Source: Ylistrum balloti (lineage: Eukaryota). Taken from it: DNA of 64,000 bases. The stretch is from assembly GCF_031769215.1 (NCBI RefSeq), contig NW_026782147.1, positions 620,001 to 684,000 of the forward strand, written 5' to 3'. The translations under genes were made by a program, and so were the position numbers. The notes under the pieces were generated by a model. The model saw nothing but the letters and a program-made list of their open reading frames with translations, did no database searches and had not been told where the DNA came from. Of this stretch, positions 50,597 through 60,300 are shown in pieces. The first letter of the stretch is position 1. Every line of letters begins with the position of its first letter.

Positions 50597-51979
50597 ATGG
50601 GACCCAAACGCAAGAACATTCGATCTGCGCCCTACGATCCCGAGCTTCTAGATAACTGGACGATCGCCAGGCTACAAGAGGAACTGCGCGCCCTAAACGT
50701 TCCGTTCCGCACTGGATGCAAACGCAGAAGTTTGGTGAGGATGCTGCGCGAAGCCAGGACAGCCAGCGTCCCTGTTACGGAAGTGAGAGCGGCTAACCCC
50801 GTCGTGCCTCATCGGGAAGGTGCGGTATCCCATGATACCTCGCGACAAGATGGCGGCCCCCACGTAAATTCACGTGAACGGGAGAGCTCCAGACCTAACG
50901 ATGTCAATCAGCACCTAATTGACATTGTTACAAACTTGACAGAAAGTGTTGCTACGCTGCAGAACTGCTACCAACGTCTAGAGAGCAGGTTGGAATCGCA
51001 AACACGACGTCCAGTGGCGGCAGCCGCCGGTAGTGAAAATCAGCCCGTAGTTGACTCGTCTCGACCAGTTCCAGCAGTGATAAACTCGCCATCAGTGCAG
51101 CTGGTTCCAACACCACTACAGGCTGAGTACACTTTAGAAACAGCTTACAAGCGTTTTCAGGAGGACAGCACACTATCTCAAGGTGAGAATTCTTCCAAAC
51201 GATCACGTTTTGGCTATGTGTCGGAATCTTTACCATTGGTAGAAACTGTATCTCCCGCGCTGCGTCAACAAATCATTACGGGTAGAGATGTTAACCTGGC
51301 CGCCTTGCTTATCCCGTATTACGTAGGTAGCTCTGACCCTGAGTGCCATTCTTCTTCAAAACCCGATTGTAGACTTTCACGCACCTTGTCGTTGAATGAA
51401 TTCATCTTGGCATTCGGAGTGTATAAGCAGGTGATGTGCTCTGTCTATCCTGCTAGACGTGTTGAACTCGATCTATACGAAAGAGATATAGTAGACATGG
51501 GTACCAGGTACAATGTCGGTTTCTATGAGTACCACAGACAATTTTCAGCTAGAGCCGCAGCACAGCTCCGCTACAACAACACACCCATAGATTGGTCAGT
51601 TAGGAACAATGTTTTATTTTGTAACATTTTCACAAACCAACGACCACTCACCTGTGACTTGTGCGACAGTCCTTTGCATGGAACAGGTTTCTGTCCTACT
51701 TCTGTGGTAGAACCCAAACGTCAAGGGACCCATAGTGGAAATTTTAGGAGTTCAAAGCAGGGATCTACTTCCCGTCCTACCGGTCCCCCTTCTGTTGACA
51801 GTCATGGGCGCCCTCGCATGTACCAAGATGGTATAGAATTATGCAATAACTTTAATAGTAATTTTGGATGCAACTCATCTTCCTGTTCTTACAAACATGT
51901 CTGTTTGTCCTGCAAAGGCAGCCACTCCAAATCTGCCTGCCCTTTAGAGCTCACCAGGACTTTGAACAAGAAAAAATGA
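50597..51979 (+). CDS. Ngaro Gag-like ORF1 (460 aa)
   Basis: ATG 50597 (MGPKRK); N-terminal WTIARLQEELRALNVP...RRSLVRML SAP/HEH-like motif; C-terminal CDLCDSPLHGTGFC and CNNFN...C...C...HVCLSCKGSHSKSAC Cys/His fingers. Confidence 0.88.
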   Translation: MGPKRKNIRSAPYDPELLDNWTIARLQEELRALNVPFRTGCKRRSLVRMLREARTASVPVTEVRAANPVVPHREGAVSHDTSRQDGGPHVNSRERESSRPNDVNQHLIDIVTNLTESVATLQNCYQRLESRLESQTRRPVAAAAGSENQPVVDSSRPVPAVINSPSVQLVPTPLQAEYTLETAYKRFQEDSTLSQGENSSKRSRFGYVSESLPLVETVSPALRQQIITGRDVNLAALLIPYYVGSSDPECHSSSKPDCRLSRTLSLNEFILAFGVYKQVMCSVYPARRVELDLYERDIVDMGTRYNVGFYEYHRQFSARAAAQLRYNNTPIDWSVRNNVLFCNIFTNQRPLTCDLCDSPLHGTGFCPTSVVEPKRQGTHSGNFRSSKQGSTSRPTGPPSVDSHGRPRMYQDGIELCNNFNSNFGCNSSSCSYKHVCLSCKGSHSKSACPLELTRTLNKKK

Positions 51980-53591
51980 ATATGTTATTCCACCCGAGAG
52001 CTTCTACACCTATTAACTTAACAGCTTTAAAAACAGCTTTAGACGGCCACCCAGATGAAAATTTTGTGAACTTTTTATTAGATGGCTTAACTTTTGGTTT
52101 TGACACCGGTTTCCAGTTCCTACCATTAAACTCGTTTGAGTGTTCCAATCTGAAATCAGCTCTGGCGGATCATGAAAGCGTGACAGATTTAGTCAACAAG
52201 GAAGTAGTCAGAGGATACCTCCTGGGTCCTTTTGATCATATCCCATACAAAAACTACCGAATCAACCCTATTGGCCTTGCGGAGCACAAATATTCAAAGA
52301 AAAAACGCCTCATAGTTGACATGTCGGCACCCCATCAAGATGTGAACAATCCTAGCCTAAACAGTTTAATAGATAAGATAACTTGCTCTCTTAAATACAC
52401 TTCTATTGACGACGCTATTAGGGTTATCAAGGAATTACATCAGAATGCCTGGCTTATGAAAACCGACATCACGGACGCTTTTAAATTACTCCCAATTAAG
52501 CCAGAACTGTGGCCCTATCACGGTATATGTTGGGATGGAAAATATTACTTTTTCACTAGGCTGGTTTTCGGGAGTCGCTCAAGTCCTAAACTTTTCGACA
52601 ATCTCTCCCGTGCCATCTGCTGGATAGCTCAGAACAAATATAACATTCAGCACATCCTGCACCTTCTGGATGATTTCCTCGTTATTGAGCCGGCATCCGC
52701 TATCGCTACTAGAACAATGTCCAGCTTCCTTAAAGTGTTTCAAGATCTCAATATTCCTATTGGAGCACACAAAACAGTGGGTCCAGTTACCTGTTTAGAA
52801 TACTTGGGGGTGTTTTTGGACTCTACTCGTATGGAATGTAGACTTCCAGCTGAGAAAGTATCTCGTATCATATGTGTGCTAGAGTCTTTTGCTAATAGGA
52901 AATGTTGCACGAAACGCGAGCTACTAAGCTTATTAGGACACATGAATTTCGCCACACGTTGTGTTAAACCAGGAAGATCGTTTGTCTCGCACCTCATTTC
53001 ACTTTCGACTTCTGCGCGCGAACTTCATTTTCATGTTAAATTAAATGCGGAATGTCGTTCGGACCTAAACATGTGGGCCTTGTTTTTGAGAACTGGAATG
53101 GTGCTTCTTTTTTCCTTGATGATCATGTGACTAGTGCAGCTGACCTCCACCTGTTTACAGATGCTACTAATGTAGCTTTTGGTGGTATTTATAAAAATCA
53201 GTGGTTCCAAGGTGTTTTCCCTGCTGAACTCCAGCGTTCTGAACCTTCAATGGCCTTGTTCGAATTATACCCCATCGTTATGGCGTGTGTGTTATGGGGC
53301 CATCAGTGGTGCAAAAAGCGTGTTTTGTTTCATTGTGACAATATGGCAACTGTCGACATTATTACTAAAGGAAGGTCTAAGGTTAAGAGCATTATGAGAC
53401 TAGTTAGAACTTTAACTTTTCATTCAGCTATGAACAATTTTATTGTGCATGCTCGGCATATACCTGGATCTGATAATAATATTGCTGACGCTATCTCCCG
53501 TTCACAGATGTCAAGGTTTCGGAAACTGGCTCCTCAGGCAGACCTTCATCCTGTTCCTTGCCTCCCAATGGTGTCAATTATGATGACTTAA
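51976..53591 (+). CDS. Ngaro Pol (RT + RNase H), one -1 frameshift at ~53083-53088
   Basis: ATG overlaps the gag stop (ATGA); KTDITDAFKLLP, RLVFGSRSSP, HLLDDF; RNase H LFTDA...ELYPI...HCDN...IADAISR; ORFs 51868..53130 and 53052..53591 join at MWALFL/ENWNG. Confidence 0.9.
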
Positions 53592-54559
53592 GCCTGCACG
53601 TGGACTCATTGTGGGACTCTGCTTTAAGCCAACGTACAAGAGCTTCGTACCAGTCGGGACTTAACTGTTTATTAACTTTCATCCTTATGCAGGGCACAAG
53701 TTTTCCTGCCAACACGTTGCCTGCAGTGGATGAGGATGTGCTTATTCGTTTCGTGACACACTGCCAGAAGTCTTTGCACCTTAAATTTGACACTATCAAA
53801 CTATACCTAGCTGGTATTAGATTTCACTACATTAAGAATAAGTTGGGGGACCCTACCGCTAACACTCTACGATTGTCTTATATCTTGCGCGCTGTTAAGA
53901 AGACTCAAGTTAACACTTCTGTCAAACGTCTCCCTATTACTTGTGCAATCTTAGCTAATATGTGTAACGCTATTGCTCAACAGGGTATGTTTAACCCATT
54001 TGTTGATCTCATGTTGTTATGTATTTATAAAACCGCTTTCTTTGGTTTTTTACGCTGTGGTGAATTTACATGTAATGCTGTGTGGGATACCAATTTTATT
54101 CGTATTTGCGATATTAGTGTACTACCAGATTTATCGTGTTTCAATCTCACGCTGCGTTCATCCAAAACAGACCCTTTTGGTAAAGGGGTAAATATTAGTA
54201 TTTTTGAAAATAGTGTTTTTACACCTGTGTCCACTATGAGAGAATACTTAAACCTAAGACTATCCTCAGGTGCCACTCTTTCTTCTCCTTTATTTTTAGA
54301 TCATATCCATTCATCTACACCCTTAATGCGTCATACATTTATTTCGTATTTAAAGGAGACTTTGTCTAGGGTTGGTATAAATAACAAATCTTTCAATGGC
54401 CATTCTTTCCGTATTGGCGCTAGTACCTCTGCTGCAGCAGCTGGAGTGGAAGACCATGTCATTCAAACTTTAGGTAGATGGTCATCTGACTGTTTCATAC
54501 GCTATATACGGATCAATCCTGCTACTATCCGTCGGGCTCAACAGGTTATGTCCTCCTGA
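53558..54559 (+). CDS. Ngaro tyrosine recombinase
   Basis: Catalytic set intact: FLRCGEF (R), SKTD (K), HSFR (H-x-x-R), GRW, RYIR (Y); frame open from 53489, first ATG only at 53687. Confidence 0.92.
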   Translation: MPPNGVNYDDLSLHVDSLWDSALSQRTRASYQSGLNCLLTFILMQGTSFPANTLPAVDEDVLIRFVTHCQKSLHLKFDTIKLYLAGIRFHYIKNKLGDPTANTLRLSYILRAVKKTQVNTSVKRLPITCAILANMCNAIAQQGMFNPFVDLMLLCIYKTAFFGFLRCGEFTCNAVWDTNFIRICDISVLPDLSCFNLTLRSSKTDPFGKGVNISIFENSVFTPVSTMREYLNLRLSSGATLSSPLFLDHIHSSTPLMRHTFISYLKETLSRVGINNKSFNGHSFRIGASTSAAAAGVEDHVIQTLGRWSSDCFIRYIRINPATIRRAQQVMSS

Positions 54560-54815
54560 ATAGGGTGGGGATGGGTTTTTTAGGGATTAACTATTACTTG
54601 TCTTGGCCTTTATTTTCTCATGAGTTGGTCTAGGTCTATAGTTCTTGTCATTTCAATCTACTTGTATTATTAAGCATACTATGAGTTTAAATTAGGCCTA
54701 TAACCTTGCGTTGCATTTTACTATGCTTATTTTAATATCTATTATTATCTCTTGGGGGCTCTCACTCTGTTTTACCTGCGTGTTATCACTCTGTTAAAAC
54801 ATACGTTCATTTTTG

Positions 54816-55137
54816 GCTCTTAATTCTTGGGGAATTTTACCCCCAATTCATAATAATAGAATATTCCCAATTTGTTTCAGCTTCTCTCATATCGTTGAGG
54901 GTCTAGCTAACATTTTCAGCTTCTCTCATATCGTTGAGGGTCTAGCTGGTGGTGAATATTCTATTTATAATGCTGTTTTTCTAGGGCCACTTGCAGAGTC
55001 TAGTAGCTTCTCTGGTATCGTCCAGGGTCTAGTAACTTCTCTGTAGGGACTCCTAATCTAGCTCCGAAACAGCTCAGAGTCTTGTTTTAAGTTATAATTT
55101 TCTAGTAGTTAATAGTGATTATGAATAGAGTGAGTAG
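54816..55137 (+). repeat. Ngaro repeat B1 core (322 bp)
   Basis: 321/322 identical to 55852-56173 (a54995 versus c56031). Confidence 0.95.
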
Positions 55138-55221
55138 CCCCTGTTACGCCAAACCGTAGCTTGTCTATTTTCTTAAGTGTAATAAACATTTAACTGTTCT
55201 TGTGCGTTCTTGTTGTATATA

Positions 55222-55514
55222 AAATGATAATTTAATATTGTTATTAAATTATAGTTTATATACAATAAGTTCTCCTTGCTAGCTGACATAGCAATTTTCA
55301 ATTAAGATTTTCATTATGTATTAGTGTTAGTGATTTTCCTTGCCCTGCAGGCATTATAATTTTGTTTATTTATGTATGCTGATGAGTTCTGGTTGATGCT
55401 AATTAATTGACCAATCAGCGTTCTCGGGGAGGATGCCCTGTTAGGGATCTGAAGGCCCCGCAGCATATAGTTTGAGTTTTTGGTGGAGGCATTTGTTTGT
55501 GAAATTTGTGCATT
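55222..55514 (+). repeat. Ngaro repeat A2 (293 bp)
   Basis: Identical by eye to A1. Confidence 0.95.
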
Positions 55515-55684
55515 CCCACCCACCGTCCCCGGCTACACCATTGGTTTTATTTTATACTCATGTATTTTTTGTTTTTGTTTCAGGTGCAACAGTTATAAGA
55601 TAACCATATTTTTATGTATAATGGGCTACTCACTCTTAGTAACTTAAGGATCTTCTGCATTTATCAGTTTCTTATTAATATTTG

Positions 55685-56173
55685 TTTTTACCTGGGTGTT
55701 ATCACTCTGTTAAACATGCGTTCATTTTGGCACTGAATTCTTGGGGAATTTTAACCCCAATGCATAATAATAGAATATTCCCAATTTGTTTCAGCTTCTC
55801 TCATATCGTTGAGGGTCTAGCTAACATTTTCAGCTTCTCTCATATCGTTGAGCTCTTAATTCTTGGGGAATTTTACCCCCAATTCATAATAATAGAATAT
55901 TCCCAATTTGTTTCAGCTTCTCTCATATCGTTGAGGGTCTAGCTAACATTTTCAGCTTCTCTCATATCGTTGAGGGTCTAGCTGGTGGTGAATATTCTAT
56001 TTATAATGCTGTTTTTCTAGGGCCACTTGCCGAGTCTAGTAGCTTCTCTGGTATCGTCCAGGGTCTAGTAACTTCTCTGTAGGGACTCCTAATCTAGCTC
56101 CGAAACAGCTCAGAGTCTTGTTTTAAGTTATAATTTTCTAGTAGTTAATAGTGATTATGAATAGAGTGAGTAG
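55685..56173 (+). repeat. Ngaro repeat B2: diverged partial copy 55685-55851 plus near-exact copy 55852-56173
   Basis: Direct comparison with 54769-55137. Confidence 0.92.
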
Positions 56174-56957
56174 TCCCAGAGGGATTCATGGATTTACATT
56201 GCATTGAAAGTATTTCCATGTCAACAATAGATGTGGGCTTTGTTACTTGGCTGAATAGAGGAGGTGTAACTTGACCAATGACAGCTGTGTGGCCTAAGAT
56301 ACCATGGTTGGTGGTCAGCCTTGGAGATTGATTCAGAGTGGTCATTGACCATAGCCAGTGGTCACAGACAGTCTTATCAATAATCTCTCTGTTGCACTGA
56401 TCGATCATGGAACAGACACTTTATGCTGGGAGCAGTGGTCAGATAAACTGACCAGTCCACACATATACAGTTGGGCACTTACTGATGTTTTGTCGTGTTT
56501 GGTTGTTGTAGTGTAGGCACTTCTATGTCTAGTATTGTGTTTAACTCCTCCACTAAAAAGCTGAACAGTAAATGTAGCACCCTCTAAATAAATAAATATG
56601 TACTTTGTATGACACAATCCAGTCAGTTATAACAGGTTGCAAACAGTACAATAATCTATACAGATTAACACTGGCTTAGATATGAATTAGAAATGAGGAC
56701 CACATCGAGTGTGATCTGTCTTGAGGGAGTTTCTATCTCGTTTTTCTCATATAAAAATTATAATTATTATCATGAAGCATTGATATTTCAGCAAAGAATA
56801 CAATATGATAAAATAGAAATTATCACCAGTTTTAAAATATTGATGTAGAAGTTGGCTTTAGGTCAATATATCAAGTTCCTCATTTGAAAATACATTTAAG
56901 TTTCATGGGTAGTACCTAAAGTGTGACTAGTAGTAATGATAGTTGGAGATTGTTAGA

Positions 56958-57348
56958 GCTGGCCAGGTTCAGCTGGAAGGGGCCTAGGTCAGGGCTGGCC
57001 AGGTTTAGTTGAAGGGGACCTGGGTCAGGGCTGGTCAGGATCAATCAGTTGGAGGGGGCCGGGGTCAGGGCTGGCCAGGATCAGTTGGAGGGGGCCGGGG
57101 TCAGGGCTGGTCAGGATCAGTTGGAGGGGGCCGGGGTCAGGGCTGGCCAGGATCAGTTGGAGGGGGCCTGGGTCAGGGCTGGCCAGGATCAGTTGGAGGG
57201 GGCCTGGGTCAGGACTGGTCAGGGCTGGCCAGGATCAGTTGGAAGGGGCCTGGGTTAGGGCAGGACAGGATCAGTTGTAGGGAGCCCTTGGTTAGGGCTG
57301 TACAGGATCAGTTGGAGGGAGCCCTTGGTTAGGGCTGTACAGGATCAG
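56958..57348 (+). repeat. 36-bp G-rich minisatellite
   Basis: ggggtcagggctggccaggatcagttggagggggcc; period 57061 to 57097. Confidence 0.93.
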
Positions 57349-60300
57349 TACTGCTATATCATTTAGAATTTGGAAGATAATACTTGTCAGAGAATGCTAA
57401 CACACTGTAAATGTACTTAATTTGATGTAGTTTTAGTGTATTTTAACTTTTTGGCAAATTATGAAACAGCACATTTACAATCAATGTTATACAAACATAC
57501 AGAAACTGTCCTATTTCTGCATAATACCTTCTGCACCAAAAGTGCTGAAATAGGATAACTACTAAAAAAGATATGGTTTTTTTTGGTAATTCAGGGCTGG
57601 TAGTGATTCTAGAGACGGTATTTGCTCACAGTAAAGGACAAACTGGGGCTTAGTAGGGGTAAAAACTACCCAAGATGTCATAGCAAGGTAGAGCATAGGT
57701 GATGACTGTATAATGATGATGGAAGAGACAAGATTACATCCTTGGAGATTTGTGTAGGATCTAGATATATCTAGGGTAAAGCCTTACTCGTTGCCAAATA
57801 CCACACTTAAGATCAGGGTCACTGAGGATTTCCTAATCACAGACATCACCCATACAACATACTAACAATAATTTTTTTGTTTATACTTTATAAAAATAAT
57901 AATTCAATTGTTGAAAAGGGAAAAAAAATGTAACAAGTGAGACATAAGATGAAAATTTGAAAAAACTAAAGTTTGCACTGGTTCTGAATAAGAAATATCA
58001 TTGTTAAATCTCCAACTTATTCAAGGTCTCTAAGTAGGTCATGCAGTACTTTAAAAATCATTATGCTGTAGTGAACTGAAAGTGTTCATTTCATAAAAAA
58101 TAGTTCAGGCAGATTACATGTCACTAAATGGTAGATAGTTACAGAAATGCAGCCTAAAATGGACAGGATTGGTATCTATTGACCTACTAAGTTACAAGTA
58201 GAGTAAAACATCACCTTGAAACTAAAGCATTTGTATAGCATTTACACCTGTGACTCATGTCACCTTCAAAATGGTCTCCAATTTTATTAAATGACTTTTG
58301 TAATGAAAACCATCAGTAAGGAATTAAGACTTAAAATTTTGAGGAGGTATTGTGGGAGTTGTGATTGATGAGAGGTATATACAAGTGTGCCTGTTTAGGG
58401 TGACGATAAAATACACCAAGCTTGATACACACTGACTCATCAGTGTCACGCTCCTGAATGGAATCGGCCCCAGGTATTACTGTATATGTTATGTCATAGA
58501 GTTGTCAAATACCTTTATCCTACATACCTGTTGATAGGCTGCCTGATATTTGTTGATAAGTGTCCACATATGCTGAATGGATTACTGTTCACCTGCATGA
58601 TTTATGTGTCAGAACAATCTTACAGTTCACTGTTTGCATAGGTTTTTGATTTTAGAAAATGTCTTTTGTCATTTTTTATGCAATTTGTTATTAAGAAGAA
58701 AAAGTGTTTAATAACTATTAGTTGTGTTCTTTGTTGCATTTTTTTTCCATCGATTCAGGAGACGATTTATTAATGTTCTTTTTAACATCAATGTTCAAAT
58801 CGTGAAAATGACACAATACTGAAGAAAAGTTGAATAAGCTGGAATGAATGATGTCATTTTTATGTGAAATGCACACCTGTACCTGAACATTAAATTGCAC
58901 ATGAAGTCAAGGCTGGACTGAAGACCCCTGGGGTACATCAGAATTTAAATATCATTTTGTATATTTCTTGATGAAGGTTTGATAAGGACAGCTCGTATTT
59001 CCGTCACTTCCTTAGTTTGACTAAAATCTTTTTTATAGGGTGCAATTTATAGTCAACTGAATACTAAATGGATTGTGACATTTGGAAAGTTAAAAAGGAA
59101 AGTCAGAAGTGGACTTGTCATGGTATGACTAGTCAGGTTTTACTTGCCATCTCCATGTCAATCGTTGTATTAGGTATTGATGATATACTGTAAAGGATGG
59201 CTAGATATTCCTTCGGACAGTGTTATGCTTTGAATCATTTAGAAACACCTTTCAACTAAGGTGGCCATTCTCTATTGCCTCAGGTTTTTCTCATTTTGTT
59301 TGTATGATTTATGAATTTGATAGTTTCAAGTTCTCTTTTTACACCTGTGTAGTTTTGACTATTCCTTGTACCTACCTTAATTACCCTAGTCCAGGTAAAT
59401 GCTCCGCCTACAATTATTGGTTAATGACATCGAAAGGTTGATGACCTGGACTGTTATCTGTTTTTTGATAGATTATCTGTTAAAGCTGTGTTTACAGTGT
59501 TAAAAGTAAGTTTCTACTTGTGTATTACACTGAGACATAACAAATTGCCCTAAATTTGTCTTGGTTGGAGAACTCTGAAAGGTCAAATAGCTGAATTCAG
59601 AGTAAACTATCTGGACTGTGGGCAAAATTTCTGGTATGATTATTAAAGAAAAGACCTGTAAATTAGTAATGATTATGTCTGTCTTCCTTTGTGCAAGTGT
59701 AAGGGACAATTATTATTTGTTCATGCTTGAGAATTTCTGCCAACTCATGGCTTAATTTTGATTTCAAATGTTCTATATCAATTTACTTTTTCAACAATAC
59801 AAATTTTGAATAAATATGTCTGTTGATAAGATACATTGTAACTACTGAAGAAAAGGGACATAAAAAAACTGTATATGACCCTTATGTTGTCAAACTTGTC
59901 AATTATATAGGATGATCAGATCGGCAGCATTTGCACCTGACTGATTTATCTAAGTAGCGGTGATCATCCATTGGTCAATTTAGCCATGATATGGACACAC
60001 AGGGACAATCGTGTCACTGATTTGATGGACGTTTTTTTGTGGGGGGAGAATTGTTTGTGATTAATTGTGTGGTAAGTTAGGAGAACTGATACCTATATTT
60101 AAAGCTTAGATGATCAGCACACCTGTTCAGGAGGTAATTGACATATCTATGATCAGGAATTCTATTGACCAACAAATTAGCTGTGAACAAAAACAAGTAG
60201 AGATGTTACTGTCAGGCTTCCTGTTATGCTTACTCTACAAACGAACACCATTTTGACCTTTCAACTGCAGTGAGAGGAGCCTTTGTAAAGCTTGAAAATT

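Larger units (their letters stand above)
49937..56173 (+). mobile_element. Ngaro-type (DIRS order) tyrosine-recombinase retrotransposon, near-intact
   Basis: gag, RT-RNase H (no methyltransferase domain seen), YR; split direct repeats A1 49937-50229, B1 ~54769-55221, A2 55222-55514, B2 55685-56173; no TSD; oriented opposite to BLTP3 and upstream of its 47601-47707 exon, probably intronic. Confidence 0.95.

Noticed and set aside
57009-57332. Gly/Trp-rich repeat ORFs
   Set aside because: 36-bp array translated in frame; no splice or homology support.
58528-58592. Candidate upstream BLTP3 exon (cag|GTG...CAG|gtatgt)
   Set aside because: The only open reading (VNSNPFSICGHLSTNIRQPIN) does not resemble the expected upstream BLTP3 sequence (...EFTEYYYPDGKDFP); no convincing exon found in 47708-64000.
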